Assembly: GCA_003614675.1 (NCBI GenBank)
Contig: ML002286.1
Location: forward strand, 1 to 47,533
Source: Dimargaris cristalligena
Lineage: Eukaryota
Direction of reading: 5' to 3'
Length of the DNA: 47,533 nt
Position 1 is the stretch's first letter. Each line of letters begins with the position of its first letter. Of the stretch, positions 1-11,122 are shown piece by piece. The notes under the pieces are model-generated. The model was not told where the DNA came from. It saw only the letters and a program-made list of their open reading frames with translations, and did no database searches. Made by a program: the position numbers and the translations under genes.

Positions 1-66
1 TTCTCACATATATTCGCCCATACACGTATTATGTAAAACCTTATACAGCTGGTTTGAATTTCATCC
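1..66 (-). mobile_element. Partial MITE cut by the window edge, same family as 46988-47123
   Basis: Reverse complement of 1-66 (GGATGAAATTCAAACCAGCTGTATAAGGTTTTACATAATACGTGTATGGG...) aligns with the left end of the insertion at 46988 (GGGTAAAATTCGGCCCAGCTATATAAGGGTTTATATTATATGTGTATGGG). It is flanked by ATAT at 67-70, as that insertion is. Confidence 0.75.
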
Positions 67-164
67 ATATATTATCTGACTGGCGCCCGGTACCCCCGGT
101 GTTACAGTATTAACAGTATCAACCGCCACTGGTGTTTGTCTACTACTTGCGTCAAATTTTAAAC

Positions 165-3100
165 AGGCGGGATACAGCTGTTCTGGGTTTTGTGGAGATA
201 GTTTTGCAGCGCTCGACCAAGGGGAGCCTGCAATATAATGTGCGAATACTTAATCGTGTATGATAATTATAAGTGTGAACTTTCAGTTCGGATGCAGTAT
301 TATATTAAGATATAAAGATCCCCGGATGATGTGTGTAAATTCCGGTATATAGTCTGGGTTCTTCTTTGATACCTACTTTCAGTTATATCCCGAAACTGTG
401 GCCTTTCTGATGGGTATTGCCGTATTGCCCTGATTGGGGCTACTCATAGGTTACCATTACCCACCACACGCCCTGTGGAGTATACTCGATATACATGTGG
501 GTACCCAATTAACTTTGTCTGCACGTTAATCCCAGATAGATGAGCGGATATGTTTTTTTTTTGAATGGGTCGCCCTAGCACTGCCATTTATTCAAATAAT
601 AAAAAAAACAGCATGTTTATTATTTGTGTCCACGGATATATCAGCCTACTTTTGGCTAATGGAATACACTAATCGGTAAATAAAGGATAATCATAAAGAT
701 ACGAAGAGAATATAGGCATAAACGAGAAGCAAAATGCCCCTTGGGGCTGTGTTGCTTAATGATCACGGTCGAGGTGCGGTGCCACTCTTTTGACCACTAG
801 CCATATTGGGGGTAGGAAACAAACACATGGTCCATGTCGTCGCCTTCGGGGAACATAAATGATTCGGGAAGACCAAGGGTGGGATACATGGCCGCAAAGT
901 CATCTAATTTCCCAATTACCTCACGCAATGTCCCGTTTGCAATAGCTTTCTTGAGATTATGACACATCTCCACCAGTTTCTCCGGTTCAACGGAACCACA
1001 TTCCACTGGAGTCATCATGTTTTCGATAGCCTCAAACTGATTCATAAACAGAGCCCAGTACGCCCGCTTCACGATATACGTCCACCAATGCGACTGGGGA
1101 AATTGGAGCAGTTCGGCCAGTTCCTGCGCCATCCTAGCGCGGTTGTGAAGCAGCAGGTTGGTTATTAGGTCCGTCCAGAGCGGCAATCCCGTGAAATCAG
1201 TCCATTGGATCACTTCACTAGTATTTGGTGAACGGTAGCGTTCGCAGCCCCGCCCGCTGGCGGGTATTTCGATCTTCTTATTATCCGATGGGGGAGTGAA
1301 ACTGGCCAGCGCCTTGCGAATAAAGTGTAGTACCACTTCGGGACGCCGACCCAAGGCAATGCTCACTAGATACAGGGATTCACGACCTTCCTCCCGGCTC
1401 AGGGTGGACCAAGTATAACCCAAAACCTTCCGCCACTGTTCATCCGACTGGGTATAAAAACGGAAGTCATTTTGGAATGCGAAATGGGACATATGATTGC
1501 CGGGGTCGGCCTGGATTACGGGCCACACTTGCTGGAAATTGTCGTTGTCTAGGAGGTCGTCAATCAGCTCATATAAGAACTCTTCCATCTATAAATGGTA
1601 GTAGAGGTCGGTTATAGCAGGTCCGTAGAGTTGTGTTAGCTTCTAGTACAACATTTCAATATAAAAATACATATTGACGTTGGCCCGCCCCGTAAATATA
1701 TTCGTAAATCTATCTAACAAAGTGCGCTACTTACGTGATTGCTAAATTGACGGCATAAATGTTTTTGGCGCAAACCTATCGCGTCGACCTTTCTAGACCT
1801 TGGGATCGGGATAATTAGGCGTGGCTGCGAGGCCCCGCTATTCGGGTCCGAGTCGGCGGCGTCCACTGATTCCGATTTCACTTCATCGACCGAACTAAGG
1901 GGAGGTACTAGCAACGGCTCCACCGTGGCCGGGTTATCCAGGCGGGATTTTTTCGGTAGAGAACCAATCCCTCCAACACTGCCACTGGCTGTATACATAT
2001 CATTACCATCGGTAGCAGCATTCGCGTCCGCGAATAGTTCCGGCGATTCGGTATCCATATCAATATCATCGTCGTCCAAGTACATGGCCCAATTATGGCG
2101 TTTCCGGCTGAGCCCGGGACCCGTCGGCTCCACGGGGGCTGTTGCTGACCCTACACTGGAGGAATGGGCCGAAGGCGACTCGTTCGGTGACCAACCATTC
2201 AGTTGGGGAAAGGTATCCCAATTCAGGGGGTCTTCTGTATCATTGTCGGACGGGGGTGAGGTAAGGTTTGGGTCACTGAGCAAGGCATCCGGTAGAGTGA
2301 GTTCGGGGGGGTTCCCAAGGTAATGCTCCGTGGGTTGGAGGTTAGCTTCTACTTTGCTGGCCTGTATGACTTGGGCAAGGTGAGTCGACGAGACTAGAAG
2401 GGTAGCATAGGTAAGGATTGTTGAGCGCATATTGGCGGTGGGTTTCGTAAAGAGAAAGGGCACGTGTGGGGGGTTGGATAATGGTGGCCGTGGTCGTCAG
2501 TTGACTGAAATGGTTCGGTAGAAACAGTGGTTTCTTTCTATACGTGTTGATTGTATAGCCAACTGTCTGTCGGTAGGCAATTAGTAGACTGGTCTGGTAA
2601 ATGAAGGAAGTTGGTCCAGAAAGAATGGGCAACGTGGGAAGGACAAATGAAACAATCCGACTTGGAGTAGATTAAACGCCGAGCACACGCGATAATGGCG
2701 AAAATACGGGCTAGAGTAAGTAGTGTATATAGTAGATTATCTGAAGCTACCTGCTATATATGCAGCGTAAACGTAAATAGGGTGTTCGAAATACATCTCC
2801 CTACTTCAAGAGGGGGGGGTTGCCTTTATGTATACCTACTCGCCCCTACAAACGAGCAGAAGCTTTTCCTCGTCGCTGAGAGGGAGCTGTATAAATTATT
2901 GGTAGGTAAGAATACAAGGCCCTTCCCTAATCAAGTACGCCTAATCTTTGGCCCATCGCCCTTTACGAATGTAGGCGGGAGTGGAGGAATGGGCAGGGGC
3001 GGGGTCGTTGGTAGTACAACCCCCTTCTAGCCAGCTTATCGCTCATTGATACATTGGTCGACGTGGCCCATTAGGTAATACAGAGCTAGTGTTCAACAAC

Positions 3101-4384
3101 GGCCGATAAAGACGGGGGAGGTTGAGGATAGGTACTCCATTGGCCGTGGTAGATTATACAATATATATATTGTTTATTGCTATCACGTCTACAACTTCCC
3201 CTTCCCATTTTATATGCCCAGATGGATTTAATATTCGGCTCGATAGAAAACCCCAGTGCGCTATAGTATAGAGAATACTGGGGAGCGGCAGGCTCAGTCC
3301 AGTTATATAATAATAAGAAACGCCGGTTGAGCCAACCTGATTTAATTAACGAAAAATTTACATATTTTTCATGGGGTGTACCGTGTATTCCATTGCATTC
3401 TCAATTTTCTTGGCACATAATTTAGTCCAATTGGTCACTTGCCACTTCTGGCTTTCGGTGACCTTGATACTCAATAAAATACCTCCTCCTATGAATTATT
3501 ATGGTGCTCTAAATCCTACAGAGAGGGGAAGGGGGCTCCCTCCAGCCTGACTACGTGATACTAACCCAACTGCGGCTGTCTTCAGGGTTAAGTGGGATAG
3601 CGCACTATTGGCAAATACTAGTAACAAAGGGAGGACAAAGCCCTTTTACCAACTCACCACTAGGTATTTTTTTGGTAGTGTGGGGGTTTCGGAGGACACG
3701 ATTGATAATGGGGAAATTGTGTAATGTAAAATGTAGTGGAAGTACCACTTATAGTATAGAACGCGTGGTTAGCATGCCCAAAAAGTGAACCCTTATCTCC
3801 CCGACATAATATCTGTCGCCCTTTCTACAGCCACCTATTATAGATCACAGGCCCTGAAGAATGTTAATTAAATAGACGGTGGAGCTGTATATTTAAATTT
3901 ACATGATGGTAGGGGTCAATAACCGTAGGCATTACCCCCCCATTAAAAAGGGCCAGCGACTAGACCCCCCCCCCCCCCGCCGCCTCTTTCACAAGCAGGC
4001 GCGGGCTGGGTCCATTTCGTCAATTCGGGCCGCATATTAACACTCCAGACAAGGCAAGGGAAAATAAGAGCGGGGAAGGGAATACTAGACCCGGCTATTA
4101 GGAATGTGACGATGAATAATGAATTACGGCGGGGCGAAAAAGGTGGAACTGGGGTAGGGTGGGCTGCTACAAAAGCTCTACGTCATCCCAGAATGGACCC
4201 GAAGGTCCGAAAGAGGGCGAATATCCGCCCGAAGCCGAGTTACAAGGGCGGAGAGCCAAGGAAGGGGGTGTAGTTCCTGGCGGCCCTCCCCTCCCACCCA
4301 GGCTTGGGTGATTTCTCCAACGGGGGACGCGGTATCAACTGCCACTGATGTCTCCCTACAGCCTGGGTCAAATCATAGATAAAT
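165..4384. repeat. Tandem segmental duplication, unit 1 (boundaries approximate)
   Basis: Colinear with 4385-8700 over the gene, intron, 3' flank (about 430-540 vs 4555-4670) and about 1.9 kb of upstream non-coding DNA (2430-4350 vs 6753-8640). A boundary motif resembling GGATACAGCTG..CTGGGTTTT recurs near 170, 4385 and 8678. Confidence 0.9.
797..2430 (-). CDS. Orphan secreted protein, copy 1 (495 aa); exons 2430-1735 and 1588-797
   Basis: Start MRSTILTYATLLVSSTHLAQVIQAS looks like a signal peptide and is shared with copy 2. Phase-0 intron 1734-1589 has a GTAAGT donor and TAG acceptor and joins two long ORFs. Intron position and exon 1 length (696 nt) are identical in the paralog. No recognisable domain. 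Confidence 0.85.
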
Positions 4385-5051
4385 GAGATGCAGCTGGCCT
4401 GGGTTTTAAAGAGATGGCAGTGTAACTCTTTGCAGTCCGCCTTTCGGCGCCTGCTCCTCCGGAAGGCCGGGTGATCATTTGACCTCCCAGCAGCTGGTGC
4501 CTATTTGCGGCTACAGTCTGAAATTGTGACATTCCTATCAGATATTGCCACACTGCACTGATTGGGGCTATTCACAAGGTGCCGTTGCTTTATATACACC
4601 CAGTGGGGTATACATGATATAGGCATGGGCGCCCAACCAATATTACCTGCATGTTAACCCCAGATAGATTATCGGTACGTCATTTCCGGTATGTCGTCCC
4701 AGCACTAGAACTCATTAAAATATGTAACACTACGTTTACTATTATGTATAATCATGATCCTGCCATTAGACTGGCTGGGTAAGTCATGGGGACCTAATGA
4801 ACCCATTCATTAATATTTAGGTGTGCTGATAAAACTATTGTGATCCATCAAATGACATTCCTCAGTGCATTAATAAAATAATAATTAACACGTCTGTTAA
4901 TCTATTGTCGGTCGTTAGGATCTACTGATTGAAAAATAAATTGTATTGGGCAGGACATGACGAGAGAAGAGGCATGGATGGAAACGGAATACCCATTGGG
5001 AAAGAGCAGTCTAATCACTACTATGGAGGTACACCGCTACTCCTTTGGCCG

Positions 5052-6753
5052 CTAGCCCCACTCGGGGAAAGAGACAAAAACATAGTCCATGTCGTCGTCA
5101 TCATCGTCATCGTCATCGTCATTATCGTCGTTGTCGTCAAGGTCATCGTCGTTTTCGGGGAAAATAAAATCTCCAGGCAGGCCCAGGATGGGATACAATG
5201 CCGAAAAGTCATCATATTTCTCAAAGACGCCTCCCAATGTCCCGTTGACCATAGCCGCGTTTAGGGTATAGCACAGTTCCACCACTTTTCCCGGTTCAAC
5301 CGATCCACATTCCACCGGGGCCATCATATTCCTGACGGCCGTCTCCTGATCCATAAACAGGGCCCAGTACGCCCGCTGTACCATAAACGTCCACTGATTC
5401 AACTGGGACCATTCTAGCAGATTAAAAATTTCCTGCGCCAGCTCGACGCGGTTATGCAACAGTAGGTTGGTCGCCAGGTCTACCCAGAGGGGTAATTTCC
5501 GGAAGTTGGCCCATGAGAACTCTTCACTCATTGTACTGAGGTGGCAGGCTCGGCTGTTCTGCCCATTGGTGGGTGACTTCTTTACTGTTAGCATCTGTTT
5601 CTGCTCAGGGGTAAAGCCGCCCAACGCCTTGCGAATAAGATGTATGGCGACTTCGGGACGCTCGCCCAAAAGGATAGCCAATAGATTCAGAGATTTGCCA
5701 CTCTCCTGCAGGTTCAGCGTACTCAAAGTATAGCCCGAAACCCGCCGCTGCTGCTTTCCCCACAGGCCGTAAAAACTGATGTCGTTTCGGAACGCTAAAT
5801 AGGACATATAATTACCCGGATCGACTTCGATTATACGCCGCGCTTTCTCAAAATTGACGTTATCCAAGGAGCCATAAATCAGGATTTCCAATAGCCTGGC
5901 CATCTAAAGAAAATTTGAAGTTAATAGGTCAGCCATATCAAGCCCAAAGGGTTTCGTTAGTTTCCAGTACACTCTTTAAATAAAATTATATATATATATA
6001 CGTTGGCCAGCCCCGTAAATCTATTAATATATCAAACTATTAAAGTGTGCCACTTACCTTACTGATAAATAGACTGCAAAAATGCTGTTTGAGCAGGCTC
6101 ATCTCGACCTTCTTGACCTTTGGAACCGGGATAATTTGGTGCGGCTGCGAAGCCTGGCTATTCGAGATTGGGTTGGCAGCATCGACTGGCACTAAATTCT
6201 CGGCATCAATCGAACTAAGGTGAGGAGGGGCTTGTATCGGCTCCACCATGGCCAAGTTATCCTGGCGGGGCTTTTTCGGTAGAGAGCCAATACCTCCCGC
6301 ACTACCGCTGGGGGCATACATATCAGTACCATCACCAGCAGCATCGTCACTCGCCAATAGCTCCTGTAACTCGGTATACACGTTAATGTCGTCATCGTCC
6401 AAGTACCTGGTCCAGCTTTGGCGTTTCCGGTTGAGTGTGGGACCCGTCAGCTCCACAGGGGCTGTTGCTGACCCTACACCGGGATGGTGAGCCGAAGAAG
6501 ACCCGTTGGTCGACCAACCATCCTGTTGGGGCCGGTTATCCCAACCCATGGGGTCTTCTGTATCATTGTCGGATGGGAATGAGGTAAGGTTTAGGTCACT
6601 CAACAAGGCATCCGGTAGAGTGAATTCGGGGAGGTCTCCGAGGTCATGCTCCGTGGATTGGAGGCTGGCTTCTAATTTACTGGCCTGTATGACTTGAGCA
6701 AGATGAGCCGACGAGACTAGAAGGGTAGCGTAGGTAAGGATTGTTGAGCGCAT
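5052..6753 (-). CDS. Orphan secreted protein, copy 2 (515 aa); exons 6753-6058 and 5903-5052
   Basis: Paralog of 797-2430. Phase-0 intron 6057-5904 (GTAAGT...TAG), signal-peptide-like start, and a C-terminal poly-Asp expansion. Confidence 0.85.
5091..5153 (-). repeat. GAY trinucleotide tract encoding poly-Asp in copy 2
   Basis: Encodes NDDDLDDNDDNDDDDDDDDDD; copy 1 has only GDD at this position. Confidence 0.9.
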
Positions 6754-9146
6754 ATTGTTGGTGATGGTTTTTCGGAAGGAGAAATGATACGAGTGGGGGA
6801 TATGCTACTAGCAGTGGTCGTCAATTAACTGAAGCTATTCGTTAGAATCAAAAAAATATTTCTATACGCGTTAAATTTATAACCAACTGCCCGTCGGTAG
6901 GTAATTAGTAGACTGGTCTGGTAGTCAAAGGAAGTGATACCGGAAATATAGGACGGTGTGCGGAGGAGGGAGTAAATGGTCTGGGGTAGAGTATAATAAA
7001 TACTGGGCACACACGATAATGGCGAAAATACAGGCCAAAGTAAGTGATTTATACAGCGAATCATCTAAAATTATCTGTTATACACACAGCATATACATAA
7101 ATAGGGTGTTCGAAATATATTTATATAATTCGCGAGGGGGCAGGGTTGCCTTTATGTATACCTACCCTCCTCTACAACCGAGCTGGCGCTTTCCCTCGTT
7201 GTTGAGAAGGAATTTTATGATTTAACGGCAGGTGTGAGCACAAGACCCTTCCCTAATTAGCCAGACCTAATCTTATGGCCCATCGCCCTTTTTAAAAATG
7301 GGCGCAAGTGGGGGAATGGACAAAGAGGGGGTGGTAGCACAACCCCCTTCTAGATGATTTAATGTTCATATATTCATCGAGCAGTTGGGCCACTAGGCGC
7401 TAGGGGGCTAATGTACAAAAACAACCCAGAATGAAGGGATGGAGGATGGATATTCTATTTGCCGCGGCAGATTATATAATGTATGTATATAACGTATATA
7501 TTCTCGTCACTTTTAAAGTCTCCCCTCCCCGATATATAGACCCAATTTAGTTTAACATTGAGTTCGACAGCAAAGCCTCAATGTACTCTGTAATTTAGCG
7601 CATTGGGGAGAAGCAGGCCCAGTCCACCTACATAATGGCAAGAAACCCCGGCTGAACCAAACTGGCTTGATTGGCGAAAAATGCACACATTTATCGTGGG
7701 GCGTACCGTTGATTTCTTTTAATTCCCAAACTTATTGGCATAATAACCCTTGCCGCCTCTTGTTGCCAGTGGCCTTGATATTCAACAAAATGCCCCCGTC
7801 TGTCAAGTACGATGGTGCCTTAAATCCGATGGAGAGGGGAGGGGGCTCCTCCCCCCACCTTGGCTATGTGACACTAATCCAACTGTGGCTGGCTTCAAGA
7901 TACAGTGGATTAGCGCACCATTGGCTAGCGGTAGTAATGCAAGGAGGACCAAGCCCTTTCACGCACTCCCCACTAGGTTTTTTTCTTTTGGGCGGCGGGG
8001 GTCGACGCCACTCCGTACAGGTTTCTATTGAAAATAGTAAAAGCGTGCGGCGTGTAGGGTAAAATAGGCACTACCCATATTATAGGGCACATGATTGGTA
8101 TGGCCAAAATATGGGCCCTTATATCCCTGATATACAATATCCGTCGCCCTCTCTACACCACCACTTATAGACCACAGGCCCTGAAGAACGGTAACGAAAT
8201 AGCTGGACTGTTTATTTAAATCTACATGGTGGCAGAGGGCAATATCTGTAGGCATTATTCCCCCCTTGGATGAAACCAGCGACCCGACCCGCATTTTTCG
8301 CGAAAAGGGGTGGGCCGAGTCCATTTCGTCAATTCGAGTCGCATATTAAACCTCTGGACCGGGCGGGGAAGGGAGTACTAGACCAGGCTATTAGGAATAT
8401 GGTGATGAATATTGAATTATGGCGGGGCGAATCGGGTAGAAGAAGAATTGGGTGGACTGTTACAAAAGCCCTCTGCCATCCCAAAATGGACCCGAAGTTC
8501 CGAAAGAGGGTAAACTTTCGTCCGAAGCTGAGGTAAAAGGTTGGAGAGCCAAGGGAGGGAGAGGCGAAAACTAGCAAGCCCTTCCCTCCCACCCAAATTT
8601 GGGAGATTTCTCTAACGGGGGAACACGGCACCGGTCCTACTGTTTACTGCTTGAGTCACCTGATAGATAGATGGGTGGGATACGGCTGTGCTGAGTTTCA
8701 GGGAGAGAGTATAGTAAATGTACTATGCTCTATTTAGGGACCGTCTGTTTCCAGCTGGCTTGACCCTAAGGAAGGATTTGGGAGAGGCAATTTCCCTGAG
8801 CCAGCGTTGCCATATACTGTCTGCGGAGTATTTATTTTCCCCCATACACCCCCCAGCAAGACTGCCCCCAGGTGTATTGTATACCCTCGGACACACTCAT
8901 CTCTTTCCCTTCCGTCCTAGTGAATTCCTTTACTATTGTCTTATCCTTTCCTACCAATTAGACCCCAGCCGTCTTCTCTTCTAAAAGCAACGGCTTGTTC
9001 ACCTTGAACTGCCCCCCAGGTTTGCGCTCATCGCCCAACTCCAGTGGTTCTTCCGACCTGCCCCGCATTCTTCCCAACCCGGTTCATACTAAACCCTCCA
9101 CTGCTAATCCGCAGCTCTTAATCCCTCCCCCCATAGATTCGTCATC

Positions 9147-10090
9147 ATGGCTACTGGTAAAGTACCCCCTAAACTATCTCTATATCTACCTGCGTATTTC
9201 TAGAGTGGTCCATGTCTACGGAGTATAACGCATGCCTCCCATATCGGGTGTCTTGTTATGGTGCTTGGACCCAAGTGACCTCGGGACGGGCAGCCCTGAG
9301 ACAACAAAGTCATCCCCCACACTTCCTATATAGCCCTGATACAACCGGCACCCGGCATTTGATAAGATACCCTTCCCCCTTGTATTTGGTCTCGTCCGGG
9401 TAGAGGGTGCGTCGGCCAAGTAGGCCAAGTGCGGGCGGGACCAAAATCCAACTCAGCGGGCCTTGTGCCAGGGTCTATGGCTGAAAAGCATGCACTGTGA
9501 TCGCCAACAAGCCCCACCCTCTATCCCAACAGCCCTTGCCATTCATAGTTTTATCACCGGGAAGGTGGTGATCAAACTGTTCCGGATTCCACTGACCCTA
9601 TTCACCAACTAAACGATGCATTCCCCCCGCTAACCCTCACTTATTTATGTGCGACATTGACTGCATTGGCCCCTATCCTTTAGTTCCACGCAATTTCCGC
9701 CTACTGGAAGAACTCGAGAAAGGCGAAAAGGGCATCGGCGACGGAAGCTGCAGCTACGGTTTAGCCCGCATGGACGATATTACGCTGACCGACTGGAACG
9801 GTACCATTATCGGCCCCCCACACTCCCAACATGAAAACCGTATCTACAGTCTCCTGATCCACTGCGGGGAACATTACCCGGCCCAGCCCCCGCGCGTCCA
9901 ATTCATCTCCCGCATCAATTTGCCCTGTGTAAACCAGGAAAACGGGGTCGTGAATCCGGCACGCCTCGCGTGTTTGCACGGTTGGAAGCGCAACTATACC
10001 ATGGAAACGCTGTTGGTGGAACTCCGTCGTGAAATGGCAGCCCCCAATAACCGGAAATTGACCCAACCCCCCGAAGGCGCTACTTTTTAA
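9147..10090 (+). CDS. MMS2: Ubiquitin-conjugating enzyme variant Mms2/UEV1 (138 aa); exons 9147-9156 and 9684-10090
   Basis: VPRNFRLLEELEKGEKG, WNGTIIGPP and ENRIYSL are Mms2 signatures. A 10-nt first exon ATGGCTACTG, a GT donor, GCTAAC branch near 9629 and TAG at 9681-9683 give MATVPRNFR. The first exon is inferred. Confidence 0.92.
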
Positions 10091-11122
10091 TGGTCATCGC
10101 TTGTTTGTTTCTTTCTCGCTTCAGCTGTACCTTCGGTCCGAAAGAGAAAAGGAAGAAGCTGCCGTAATGGTAGTAGTTAACTATAATCGTTGGCTGTTGT
10201 TACCATGTGTTCATCTTTATTCCATTTTTTTTATATATTATGTTCGCTTTCATTGAACTCTCCACACCTCTTTATTTTTATTTACACATACTTCACCCAA
10301 TGGGTATTATAAATTTCTCTGGCACTTATACGTGTGTAGATTTTCCACTAGCCCTGAATTTCCGCATTCTTGAAATCCTTTTTTTTTTTCATTTGGAGGG
10401 TATGTTTTAGGTGGGCTCGTGCCCTACCCGATACTTATAAGCCGTATTTCGTACGCCGCCTTTCCTAACACTAAGAAAAATAAGTTTTAGTCTATACAAA
10501 CCGATCCAGTCATTGGGATAGTCACCGCATCGTTTGGCCTAACATTTCCCAATTATACAGATTCGGAGGAGGCTTTTATACAATCCACCACCCCAATAGC
10601 CCACATAGGACTCATGGATGGTTGACTAATTGGACCTGCTAAGCCGCCGTTCAGCTAGATGACTTGTGGGGTGGACTGACTATCATATGCCCTTTAAGTT
10701 CTTGGAAATAGGCCAGCCTTTGTATCTACCATGTATTCCGAACTCTAGCCCACTGGCACTGACCAGGGTAGGGTGACGGACTTTCATATGATGTTAAATA
10801 AGATGCTTTGGGTAGTGTAATTTAATGTGATATCCGGGGATCAGGCGATATGTCATCGCCCAAGTACCCCACATGTGGCAGTACTATATAAAATACAAAT
10901 ATTTCAATCCATTTTCCCCTATGGCACTAAGCCCACCATCTAGCCCTTAACAGCTTACAACGATGATGCTCACGTGAACAAGCTACCCGAACTGAAAAAA
11001 TATAAACGTATAATTAATTTTATAAAACTATAGGCTGTTGAAATAGTTATTATATACATATAACCAACTGTCTAACAATCACCACCCCCTCAGATGCCCC
11101 GTGCTACGAACAATAGCAGGGC

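Larger units (their letters stand above)
4385..8700. repeat. Tandem segmental duplication, unit 2 (boundaries approximate)
   Basis: Direct-orientation, diverged copy of 165-4384, including the non-coding promoter region. Confidence 0.9.

Noticed and set aside
9157..9683. Intronic snoRNA in the long MMS2 intron
   Set aside because: No convincing C box (TGATGA) and D box pair with a terminal stem was found by eye; an Infernal search would be needed.
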